From Schizochytrium sp. TIO01 (taxonomy: Eukaryota; Protista; Bigyra: Labyrinthulomycetes): a stretch of 64,000 nt of DNA. The stretch lies in NCBI GenBank assembly GCA_004764695.1, contig SMSO01000025.1, positions 2,480,001 to 2,544,000 on the forward strand, written 5' to 3'. Below, piece by piece: positions 49,601-59,319 of the stretch (its first letter is position 1; each line of letters opens with the position of its first letter). A model generated the notes under the pieces. It made no database searches. It saw nothing but the letters and a program-made list of their open reading frames with translations, and had not been told where the DNA came from. The position numbers and the translations under genes were made by a program.

Positions 49601-49842
49601 GTGTTCTTGCTAAAACCAGTAACAAAATTCATAAAGAGTTTTAAATTAAAAGCTAAATGTCATGCCGCGTCCCACAGTTAAAGCCATATATCTTATAAAA
49701 TGCATATCAAAAAACTCGCCAACACAATGATTTTGTGAGGAAAAGTAGAATTTCCCCCCAGATTTTCGCCTGTTCTCTCCTATGTTCTCTCCCCCCCCCG
49801 CGAGTTTTTTTTTTGAGCTCACGTCAGCATGGCAGATGAGCC
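43607..49842 (-). mobile_element. Full-length autonomous DNA transposon (6,236 bp) with 20-bp TIRs and 8-bp TSD
   Basis: Left TIR GGCTCGTCTGCCATGCTGAC (43607-43626); right TIR GTCAGCATGGCAGATGAGCC (49823-49842), one mismatch. Identical CTTTGCTC at 43599-43606 and 49843-49850. A single long transposase ORF lies inside. Confidence 0.93.
43772..49306 (-). CDS. DDE transposase (DxxH-insertion class, Dada/DUF6729-like) fused to a C-terminal Ulp1/C48 cysteine protease
   Basis: Zn-ribbon region CPYC...YKCKKC...FGLTLTPRHGI; putative catalytic IAIDCTF, IWTDTCC, KLDLFHW (DxxH), GCLSDP, RGTNANEVFH; second Zn motif CQSC...GH...C; protease motifs GSHWQLL, FYDPL, QKNGVDCG. Confidence 0.85.
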   Translation of the reverse strand: MMQFSSRCKLRQATATPGDNDQESLSHEDIRKDLEGLNESANVDEEKRETTITLIQQKFIDSCKDTLDKMDIKTCQSLYDIVPDGTITWLQKPKLPKVKRGQQIAPEYFHQRSVGLWHPAKMYASMNNRMPCPYCNQKAHLGEPLVSVSGDDGFWAPNYREIAGATANWFLVARKYKCKKCNKEFRNTSEDVLRLCPADVRIRFGLTLTPRHGIETEVSQRLSQLWLKSPAWAADAFNEAQVRNHNRLEYFYYASSLGEHTRRFDEAGPNTIPSFFQKQAVNSTNTLKSKIQFQPEKCSAEVLRKETAARELLEFDLKQIKSLGEKKIKILKSALNISTVVDVFHELKNILDTKNGEKIKQLSTARRERDRTRVIEGWKELLETTINQILREKDLLSVEYARMVIQQRNERLARDKINKESAEQAAEQASKQVDQTNQSASCSNEEETQEKSITAPENFGNFDMEYNGYRLSSKFLDELCIDQFKGEARPLLREIASYSARYIAIDCTFRFPERCKLRFQDQDKSFRIYQPYQALLTISNEHNQIIFYCGLANSENEREIREALGRFVKLRQEMHGRDYRPECIWTDTCCGKLNKCLSQIFKGVPIKLDLFHWLKRWEQIMVKSSNESRAPRTAFMTALANAVLQRDHKRVKQVQQEHKSKSNFTKDRLINQAVETRIPQPEVLYKRIMEVFKTHYIMNSKMDLSADLLHRVRERCKPRSGNACVEHFGPYPNGFRHGLFLSKTATGVGLDKYIAGLFEHVHKGCLSDPPGLVLQTKINGKNHLVGNRGTNANEVFHRMLNQAVASATIGIVRADALLTKVVAKYNRSRMIEIKGLPSYLIHQPFSHHLTINSLVNDAFNGKIEHNELPYPDARLPLCVSHDLHMGFSMMPSVGSVLESNHIMRTRATVVPIFFDSTENSTLAHAVEQAIAVIFAFAKALARPEHKRKAISYLQKVLRKLTGGGVPTETDRSVLDEAGIDKKLKDHISLRLIAMNILVNGSLFTKGENGDKPEPQGDIGVQRVLSTCVEILEDCISTDSDSEEFKERIKISCVQLEPPEHEDDPISELVVGSSNADIHLHIGCSVRKNITNLPKAQLASAPRVKKGLFPAEEARPDRTRWIAFCEDPLPNRSGTSLTDDVSWERVLSENSGDDAEQTVECRKKQQQVLSASYTTCGIKGSGWARPRPKDLIGASTPCPFKMKGKPEQQDKVEQDFYLYLLKTKNFNRKAAPILSNSFESFAQLWNRYACPAGDLDGLFLPKLDSVQISHPGDLREYLKPKTAFLLRQYADFLNQRDSISAKNRKLMLASKLEHMTEPLVDVPVTADGALVHPLHLLESIRELDYSTRCNLEANIINEELLSRHPSLERFDTAELRSIMTKNFPLAPQQTFFQFKHLKSKRKSIWRAPENLSKCKYCQSCYAPREGHPTPFGAECKLQTCEATISALDSLPPTDFFGSEKRRAQAIAPKEHTVDVPKVGNVRGVKMQPRQGGPVRTFNSKCTAFWKASAKVFSLLKSSISPKHSVFTSGKHFVHSNNITMNHTFLEFGMCQRLFLDSHGNLPCSESTNPESFGEPLSWMQGDAMDAWCATCCEENRVMKPAERKKCHGTAFVPSTALQFLTSSVDDRHDLFISSVCNAIANATPRGHFQKDSSSTRSIYIPDVIEYVMLPFCTGSHWQLLYFNQRQARVVFYDPLSTLHEPSHVMKVFGDAIRLFGAEDWEIEIRRGNQKNGVDCGYHVSTLMYTLWRGDVAEEVAHQEIQDEHMNEVYRRAFAMDIVRGIWRVYNISYLQVYWAARSDARGSTHLNLILAAIKNPNQAMSSQSQAQAPQISATEFSSQVAVTVS

Positions 49843-51205
49843 CTTTGCTCTTTGGTGTCCCTCTCGTAAAATCTAAACTCTTCTTATCGTTGGTCTACAC
49901 TTGCACACGATTTCACTGATTGTGCTATGCTTTAAACGAACCTGGGTTTTCACTCAAGCAAACAAAGGCATTGATTGGAATGGCCTCTTGTTAATGCTGT
50001 ACTTATGAAAACCAAGACTCCATACAACTGATATATTCTAATTAGTTAGGTTTTTATTGAAAAGAGAGGTTAGGTAAGAAAATGGAATGGCCAAGGAACC
50101 ACAAGCTCCAAAGACTACAAGTGAAGGAAGTAAACCTTCAATACAAACCAGCAAAGTACTTGAGCCAGGAGTTTGGTGTCTCAGCAGGTGCCTTTCGGGA
50201 GCCTCCCCGGAGGCGATCGCATAGACGCAAGTGATGACGTTCAGCGTGCCTATGAATGAGGTGTGTGCCGGCGGCCGCGAGCAACACAGCACAGAACTGC
50301 ACAGCACAGCAGCGCTGGCCGTACGATTAAATGTCCTCCGCCAAGCAAAACGAGAGTTTTCAATGCCAGATTGGTGACCTACTTTTAGCGTGCCTACCGA
50401 GGCGCATCCGCCGTCTCCAAAGACATCGGACCTCAGAAGGGCGCCTACTGAAAAGCGAGATTCACCGCAAGCTTGGACTTTGGCTCTGTGAACGCCTCTG
50501 TGTCATGCTTTAGCCTAAACCTGAGACTTCGACAGGTGAACAAGGTGGATCAAAGTCAAGAAAACTCGAATGCTGTATCGTTCGTTGGCCTCTGCCAGTC
50601 GCTCACTCACAACGCCGAGGTTTCCCCTGGTGTAAACTGGTTCTTCGCCGAGCAGAGTACACCCGCAAAACGTGCAATGAATGTGGGCACTACCATCCAC
50701 GACAAGCTTGCAAGATCCGAGGGTTTCCAAGGCCTAAAATGCAAACAAAGACGTAGTCGATCATGATATCCACGCCACCAGAGGTATCCTCTGCACTCCA
50801 AGGAAGGATGGGATAGTGACGATGTCGTGCCTCGGAGTCGATTCGCGGGTTATTGTTTTGACCCGCGATTAGGTTATGCCACCGTAGGTAATGCAAGTTC
50901 TGCGAACCTTACAGGTTAGATGCTAAGTAGGAGTATAGGTGGACCGAGGTAGGTGCGAGGAAGGGGTGTGTAAAGGTACTAGTCTTGACCTAAGTGTCGG
51001 GGGGGGGAGGCTTTAGACTGATAGAACTTCTTTGTAGTCTGTAAGAACAAAGTTTGTGTGTAAGCTTTTCCTTTTAATCTTGGGAGCGAGGTAGGTGAGG
51101 TCTGGCACTTGATGGGGAGTCTGATCAAGGCAGTCAGCAAAACTCAAACGCAGCCTACTTCACGCAAATTGCACGCAATCTACCTCACGTAAATCGGAAT
51201 AAACG

Positions 51206-54200
51206 ATGGAACACTATGGAAATCAACACGTGGATCTAGACGATCCGAGTTGCATCGACACGGTGGAGGGGCTTGATCCAGACGAGAATGAGCCCAGTGT
51301 TCAGAATGACACAAAATGGACGTTGCTGCATTCTGCCGCTTCAAATGGTTTTCTCGACACAGTGAAGCAGCTTATTCAATACGAAAAGATAGATCCCAAT
51401 GTCCAGAACTGCAATGGACGGGCGCCACTGTATTTTGCCGCTAAGAATGGGCACCTGAGCGTAGTTCAATGGCTTGTCGATAAAGAAAATGCAAACCCTA
51501 ATGTCAAAGATAACGATGGGTGGGTGCCGCTGCATCTAGTCGCTCGGAACGGTAGCCTTGATGTGGTCAAATGGCTTGTTCAGGAAGGACATGCAGATCC
51601 CAATGTCAAAGATAACAATGGATGGGCGCCGCTGCACCAGGCCGCTGCACATGGTCGCCTCGACGTGGTAAGGTGGCTTGTTCAGAGAGGAAAAGCAGAT
51701 CATAATGTCAAGAATACCTATGGGTCGGCGCTGCTGCACTTTGCTGCTGCAAATGGTCACATTAACGTGGTTGAGTGGCTTGTCCAGAAAGGAAATGCAG
51801 ATCCCAATGTCAAAGATAACAATGGATGGGCACCGCTGCATCAGGCCGCTCTGAATGGTCGCCTCGACGTGGTAAGGTGGCTTGTCCAGAAAGGCAATGC
51901 AGATCTAATAATGGATGTATGCTGCTGCATTCAGCCGCGCAGAATGGGCACCTCAACGTGGTCGAGTGGCTTGTCCAGGAATTTAATGCAGATCCCAATG
52001 TCAAAAAAATCAACGGAAGTATGCCGCTATATTCGGCCGCGCAGAATGGGCACCTCAACGTGGTCGAGTGGCTTGTCCAGAAAGGAAATGCAGATCCCAA
52101 TGTCAAAGATAACAATGGGGGGGCGCCGCTGCACCAGGCCGCTCTGAATGGTCGCCTCGACGTGGTAAGGTGGCTTGTCCAGAAAGGAAATGCAGATCCC
52201 AATGTCAAAAATAACAATGGAGGTATGCTGCTACATTTAGCCGCGCAGAATGGGCACCTCAACGTGGTCGAGTGGTTTGTCCAGGAAGTTAATGCAGATC
52301 CCAATGTCAAAGATAACAATGGAGGTATGCCGCTACATTTAGCCGCGCAGAATGGGCACCTCAACGTGGTCGAGTGGCTTGTTCAGAGAGGAAATGCAGA
52401 TACCAATGTCAAAAAAATCAATGGAAGGGCGCCGCTACATTCAGCCGCGGAGAATGGGCACCTCAACTTGGTCGAGTGGCTTGTCCAGAAAGGAAATGCA
52501 GATCCCAATGTCAAAGATAACAATGGAGGTATGCCGCTACACCAGGCCGCTCTGAATGGTCGCCTCGACGTGGTAAGGTGGCTTGTCCAGGAAGTTAATG
52601 CAGATCCCAATGTCAAGAACACCAGAGGGTGGGCGCCTCTGCACCATACCGCTCTGAATGGACACCTCAACGTGGTCGAGTGGCTTGTTCAGAGAGGAAA
52701 TGCAATTCCCAATGTCAGTACTAACAACGGAAGTATGCCGCTACATTTAGCCGCGCAGAGAGGCCACCTCAACGTGGTAAAGTGGCTTGTCCAGGAAGTT
52801 AATGCAGATCCCAATGTTAAAAATAACAAGGGAGGTATGCCGCTACATTCAGCCGCTGCAAATGGTCACCTCAACGTGGTAGAGTGGCTTGTCCAGGAAG
52901 GCAATGCAAATCCCAACGTTAAAAAAAACAATGGAGGTATGCCGCTACATTCAGCCGCGGAGAATGGGCACCTCAACGTGGTCGAGTGGCTTGTTCAGAG
53001 AGGAAATGCAGAACCCAATGTCAAAAATAACAATGGAAGCACGCTACTGCATTTAGCCGCTGAGAATGGGCACCTCAACGTGGTTGAGTGGCTTGTCCAG
53101 AAAGGCAATGCAAATCCTGATGTCAGAAACAACAATGGAAGCACACCGCTGCATTTAGCCGCTGAGAATGGTCACCTCAACGTGGTTGAGTGGCTTGTCC
53201 AGAAAGGCAATGCGGATCCCATTGACAGAAATACCGATGGGTGGACGCCGCTGCATTCAGCCGCTTCAAATGGCCATCTTAACGTGGTTGAGTGGCTTGT
53301 TCAGAAAGGCAATGCAGGTCCCAATGTCAAAAACACCAATGAGTGGGCGCCGTTGCACCTTGCTGCTGCAAATGGTAATCTCAACGCGGTTAAGTGGCTT
53401 GTCCAGGATGGCAATGCAGACCCCAATGTCAAGGGTAAGAATGAAAGTATGCCGCTACAATCAGCCGCTTCAAATGGTCATCTCAACGTGGTAGAGTGGC
53501 TTATCCAGAAAGGAAATGCAGATTCCAATGTCAGGACTAACAAAGGGTCGGCGCTGCTACATTTAGCCGCTCAGAGTGGTCACCTCAACGTAGTTGAATG
53601 GCTTGTCCAGAAAGGCAACGCAGATCCTAATGTCAGGACTAACAAAGGGTCGGCGCCGCTGCATTTTGCTGCTGCAAATGGTCACCTCAACGTGGTAGAG
53701 TGGCTTGTCCAGAAAGGCAGCGCGGATCCCAATATCAAGAATAACAATGGGTTGGCGCTGCTGCACTTTGCTGCTGCAAATGGTCACCTCAACGTGGTTG
53801 AGTGGCTTGTTCAGGAAGGCAATGTAGATCCTATTATCAGGAATAACGATGGGTGGATGCCGCTACAATCAGCCGCTTCAAATGGTCATCTCAACGTGGT
53901 AGAGTGGCTTATCCAGAAAGGAAATGCAGATTCCAATGTCAGGACTAACAAAGGATCGGCGCTGCTACATTTAGCCGCTCAGAATGGTCACCTCAACGTA
54001 GTTGAATGGCTTGTCCAGAAAGGCAGCGCAGATCCCAATATCAAGAATACTAATGGGTCGGCGCTGCTGCACTTTGCTGCTGCAAATGGTCACCTCAACG
54101 TGGTAGAGTGGCTTGTCCAGGAAGGCAATGCAGATCCCAATGTCAAGAATAACAATGGGTCGGCGCCGCTGTACTTTGCTGCTGCAAATGGTCACCTCAA

Positions 54201-55464
54201 CGTGGTTGAGTTTCTTGTCCAGGAAGGAAATGCAGATCCCAATGTCAAAAATAACGATGAAATTACGCCCCTGCATTCAGCAGCTGAGAATGCGCACCTT
54301 GGCGTGGTTGCATGGCTTATTCAGAAAGGTAATGCAGATTTCATTGTCAGGAATAACGATGGGTTGACGCCGCTACATTCAGCCTCTTCAAAGGGCCATC
54401 TCAACGTGGTTGAATGGCTTGTGCAAGAACGTAATGCAGATCCTAATGTCAAGGATAACGACGGGTGGACGCCGCTACATTCAGCCGCTTCGGAGGGTCA
54501 TCTCAACGTGGTTGAGTGGCTTGTGCAGGAACGCAATGCAGATCCTAATGTCAGGAGTAACAATGACGGTCGAGTGCCGCTGCACTTGTCAGCTCTAAAT
54601 GGTCACCTCAATGTAGTCGAGTGGTTCGTCAATATCGCAAACGTTTCTGTCAATACTCGAGCAAGGAATGGAGACACACCTCTTCACGATGCCGCCTGGA
54701 ATGATCACCTTAACGTGGTTGATTGGCTCATTGAAGTGGGCAAGGCACCAGTGGATCTGCGCAACAGAAAGGCCCGTACGGCTCTAGACAAGGCTGTTAT
54801 GAATGGCCACATCAACGTTGCAAAACGTCTGGTTAAGGATCGCAAAACTGAAAAGCATGCATGCGTTAGTGAGGAATATTCGTTGCTACACAAAGCCGCC
54901 TGGAATGGTCATTCCAATCTTGTAAAGTGGCTTATCGAAGATGCCAAGGTTGACATCAACAGTCTCTCCAAGTGCGGAAGGACACCGCTTCATAGTGCTG
55001 CCATGAACGGGCACGTTAGCATAGTCGAATTGCTTGTTGAAAAGTACGGAATAGATGTATCAATTTGCGCGAATCTTGGAGGAATGACTGCACTGCACGA
55101 AGCCGCCCATAAGGGCCACCTCAACGTGGTCAAATGGTTTGTTAAAAATAGCGAGGCAAGTGTGATGGCCAACAAGAAAAGGGGAAGGACAGCACTACAC
55201 TTTGCCGCTGAGAGAGGTCAATGCGATGTGATAAAGTGGCTTGTCGAGGAGGGTTATGCGGACGTAAATGTATCTGACAAAAGAAAAGTGACAGTGCTTC
55301 ACGAATTCGCACGAATGGGCAATTTAGAGATGGTGAAGTGGCTTGTCGAGAACGCCAAAGCCGATGTGAACGTTCGCACAAACAATGCAAATACAGCATT
55401 TCAGCTGGCTGCTTATAATGGTCATGCTGATGTGGCCAATTATCTCAAAGAAAGGACAAAATGA
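51206..55464 (+). pseudogene. Giant ankyrin-repeat gene (~41 repeats, mostly 34 aa) with a frameshift at 51905/51906
   Basis: ORFs 51206-52147 and 51826-55464 carry the same repeat in different frames. Unit 6 reads GCAGATC-TAATAATGGA against the typical GCAGATC-CCAATGTCAAAAA-TAACAATGGA, a 13-nt deletion. Could be a disrupted allele or an assembly error. Confidence 0.8.
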
Positions 55465-56297
55465 TATCTTGCTGTTGATTCGGCCGCGTTTTAATCATTC
55501 ACAGGGCTCCTCGCTGGTATCTTACCCGTTGGGCTCCAACAGTTAGTGTTCTTTCCTTCCAAAACGAAAAAATCAAGCTTTTCACCTACAGCTTTCACAC
55601 TTTTGAGAACTTCCCCTTTTTAGAAAATCATAATTCATGTTATGGCGAATCTAGGTCAGATTCTAGGTAGGACCTCTTAATATGTTGAAGCAAAGCGAGA
55701 CACAGCTGAGAAAATTACATGTGATATCTCAATGCTCGAAAGCTTACGCTTTTTTATCTGTTAAATGCTAATCCCTAGGCAGCCTTAAGTTGGCTGGGAA
55801 GATGAAGGGAAGAAGCTTGGTAAGTATGATAAGACTAAGAAGTCCTTACGACTAATAGAGTTAACGATATGCTGCCTTTGGAGGTAACACCCCAAGTGGG
55901 CTGGTTCACCTTTTAAATAGGAGACTAAGATAGACCTCATTTGTTTTATGCAAAGCTCAAGGGTTTTGGTTAACTCATTGCCTCTACCACTAAATTAGGT
56001 AATCCGTACATAATCCCTTGGTTATGCAGTGCACTTTTACTCTTGAGTTTCCTTGGTCTCACAGCTTCGCTTCTAATGGTCGCATTCTATCATATGCAAG
56101 CCCTATTAGTTTAGGATTTATAGTAGAGTCCCAAGGGCTTTGCTATCGTCTTGTCCACATGATCCTTCGATTCGTAATGTTAGCACCATCCTTGGCTCTA
56201 TTTGAGTGTGAATATTGTTGGTCTGATACTTTAAGGATTTAATTACGATGCCAAGTTTCAACAAATTTTTGTTTTCCGTTTTCGTCGTATGTTACGC

Positions 56298-56481
56298 TTG
56301 AATTTTCTTAGATGCTTAGACTTCAGAGACCTGTGTCATGCTCCATGAGCGCAATTGCCGCCATGAAGCGCTGCTAAAGGAAGCGATGTTGGATTTCCAG
56401 AAATGCCTTTATAGCTTTTGACGAAGATAATTTTTTTGGGGGAGGGTTAATATAAACTTTCTGGGTTGCTAAAGAGTACGG
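56298..56481 (+). repeat. Diverged direct repeat, copy A (copy B at 60064-60261)
   Basis: Shared blocks TTGAATTTTCTTA, CATGAAGCGCTGCTAAAGG, ATGTTGGAT and CTGGGTTGCTAAAGAGTACGG, downstream of each ankyrin gene. Confidence 0.8.
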
Positions 56482-57650
56482 AGATAATCGGGAATAGGGT
56501 TCAACTTGGATCCAAAATTCCATCTTACGTTTGAGTTGGGCTTAACAGAACTCATCAAATTTCAAATGTCTTGCTTTGAAGAAAGTAACTTCGGAGAGGA
56601 ACAGTATGAATAAGTAATACCTAGTCCGTGACTAAAAGTACAGCTATTAAAAACACTAGTAGAACAGCCGCGGTAGGAAGTTTCTTTGGGTGCTTGAATT
56701 GGACTTAATATTTTGATACCCAATCTAGCTGCAAGTTCAATTTATCTCACATTTATTGTGGAATATATGACTTGTATTAATTAAGTGTGTAAATTAGGGT
56801 TTTCAAAGTGCTGGTGTGAAGTATGTAAGGAACTATACATCTTCATATCCATACATTATATTAAAATATTAATATGTAGGTCAGCATTGATATTTATAAT
56901 ACTAGGACAGTCCAATGATATTTTTTTCAAAAGCAGCTAAATTTAAGAACAGAGTATAATGGAGCTTAATGAAGCAGAGGTTAAGTGTCCCTATACAAAC
57001 ATCTGTTCAACATCCCCAATAAAAGTTTGTGAAGGCCCCCCAAGTTTATGTTATATAGTTTTAAGATTCAAGAAGAATGGATTTGTTTTTAGAGGGTTCT
57101 ATGTAACAATTGATGATATGTTGGCTTGTCTTAAAGTTATAGAGTACAACAAGCTGTTCTTTTGACACTTATAGTAAACAATAAACCATCGCTAGCTGCT
57201 GGTTTAAGTAAATTTTAAAATGTAACTCTGTATAAAATGCATATTGTTGGAGAATTATTCCGGAAAGGTTTTTCTCCCCAAAGAAGCGCTAGGTACGCGC
57301 ACTTCAGATACTTCAAATAATACTCCTTCTACTTCAAGTTGAGCAAAGAAGACAAGGTATGAACAGCCGCTACATTTTGATAATCTAAATACCTCCCGTG
57401 CGATCATCTAAATTACCTCTGGGCTATTCCTTGAGATAATCGAGACTATCACGGTAATAGGTATACTCCTGTTTCAAGTTGAGTTCAAAGATATATGTTT
57501 TGACTTGGAGTTTTATCCAAGGATAGTCGGGTGATGAATTTCAATTCAAGTGAAAGAACTTCAAAGGAATTGTCTTTGATGCACCGTGACGCACCAAGCT
57601 AGAGATAGCGAATAATAGACATACCTATTGTCACTGCTACGCACTATTAG

Positions 57651-57807
57651 AAGCCATTGATCTTATTAAATGGATATCAGAAAACCCGCCAACACAGTGG
57701 TTTTGTGAGGAGAAGTAGAATCCCCCCCCTGATTTTCGCCTGTTCTCTCCTATGCTCTCCTCCCCCCATGAGTTTTTTTGAGCTCACGTCAGCATGGCAG
57801 ATGTGCC
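57651..57807. mobile_element. Orphan, diverged copy of the transposon's right terminus including the TIR
   Basis: Colinear with 49681-49842 (TTTTGTGAGG, AAGTAGAAT, GATTTTCGCCTGTTCTCTCCTATG, TTTTGAGCTCACGTCAGCATGGCAGATG), ending in TGCC. Confidence 0.9.
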
Positions 57808-58416
57808 GATCTCATTACAGAATAGCTCTACTAAGTGATTCCTAACGTTTACAAGTTCTGTTCTTCAACATTTTACTATCACTTTCCCTGTGTTCTTCCG
57901 AGCCATACTTTACTGAAATGTTCTTTCCTACTTTAGAGACCGTTCTGCTCTCATTGAGTGCTCTAGAATTTAACATTTAGACGAGCAAAGGCTATTCTCA
58001 ACCCAATGCATGGCCACAGTATCATACAAAAGAATAAGATTATTTATTTCTCGTTTTCGTTTCAATTTTCAATTTGGTCATTTACCGTGAACGTGGCAGA
58101 ACAGAATCTGAAAATTGAAAATTAAAACGCGCACTTCAGACCGTGGCTTGCCCACCCGACTATATATAGTAAACACGGTTTTGTCCAGAAATAGCATTTT
58201 AGTACACTTTCCAATTTAAGTCGTAGTACTTTGAAAAGTACTAGTAATACATATATTTTCCTTACCACTCTGGAGTGGCTGCACTTATTTTTAAAACTTG
58301 GGAGCGTAGGTAGTTAACGAATGCACGTCACATGAACTAGAAAGTGTATTCACGATAGACATCGTTCTCTCTTCACACGCACGTCATTAGCTTCACGCAC
58401 AAGAGGAGGAACCTAG

Positions 58417-59319
58417 ATGCTGCACTATAATGTTGCCACCAAAGAAGGCGAGACTCATGCGCATGTTTGTGATATCGATGGAATTGTGCTGCTAAGCTCG
58501 GCGGATGAGGATTGTAACCTCAACGTAGCCAAGCAGCTCAACTATGGTTGGGCATCGCTAGACTTCGCAGCTCATGCGAGTCACCTTGGTGTGGTCGAGT
58601 GGCTTGTGAACGAGGGCAATGCAGATCCGACTGCCAGTAACAACAATGGAACCATGCCGCTGCACAAAGCCGCCAAGAAAGGTCACCTTGGTGTGGTTGA
58701 GTGGCTTGTGAATGAGGGCCATGCAGATCCCAATGCCAGAGACAACAATGGAAACACACCCCTGCACAAAGCCGCCAAGAAAGGTCACCTTGGTGTGGTT
58801 GAGTGGCTTGTGAATGAGGGCCATGCAGATCCCAATGCCAGAGACAACAATGGAAACACACCCCTGCACAAAGCCGCTCGTGAAGGTCACCTTAGTGTGG
58901 TTAAGTGGCTTGTGAAGGAGGGCAATGCAGATCCCAATGCCAGTAACAACAACAGGAAAATGCCGCTGCATTTGGCAGCTCGGGGAGGTCACCTTGATGT
59001 AGTTGAGTGGCTTGTGAAAGAGGGAAATGCAGATCCCAATGCCAGTGGCAACAATGTAACCACGCCGCTTCACAAAGCCGCTCGGGAAGGTCACCTTGTT
59101 GTGGTTGGGTTGCGTGTTCAGAAGTTCGACGCAGACCCGGATAGCAGTCATCGCTCAAGTGGGCTCCGTGGAAATGGTACAATTAATCGTAGGACGTCTC
59201 TACAAGCATTCCAAATACGACACTTTACCTGGTTGCTTGCAGTAGTAATCTTGATTTGGTCAATTATCTCATTGAAAGTACAAAATGAGATCTTGCTCTT
59301 GGTCAGGTCGATTTTTTGA
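58417..59319 (+). CDS. Ankyrin-repeat protein (about 6 repeats of the same 34-aa type) with a C-terminal hydrophobic segment
   Basis: PLHKAAKKGHLGVVEWLVNEGHADPNARDNNGNT repeats; tail FTWLLAVVILIWSIISL. Confidence 0.8.
   Translation: MLHYNVATKEGETHAHVCDIDGIVLLSSADEDCNLNVAKQLNYGWASLDFAAHASHLGVVEWLVNEGNADPTASNNNGTMPLHKAAKKGHLGVVEWLVNEGHADPNARDNNGNTPLHKAAKKGHLGVVEWLVNEGHADPNARDNNGNTPLHKAAREGHLSVVKWLVKEGNADPNASNNNRKMPLHLAARGGHLDVVEWLVKEGNADPNASGNNVTTPLHKAAREGHLVVVGLRVQKFDADPDSSHRSSGLRGNGTINRRTSLQAFQIRHFTWLLAVVILIWSIISLKVQNEILLLVRSIF

Noticed and set aside
43560-49900. tRNA or snRNA target gene around the transposon
   Set aside because: No cloverleaf, A/B boxes or U1/U6 motifs visible in the rejoined flanks; an Infernal/tRNAscan run would be needed to exclude them fully.
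51300-55400. CRISPR-like or TALE-like reading of the 102-bp/34-aa repeats
   Set aside because: The units are coding ankyrin repeats with no spacers or cas genes. The 34-aa length matches TALE only numerically, with no TALE consensus.
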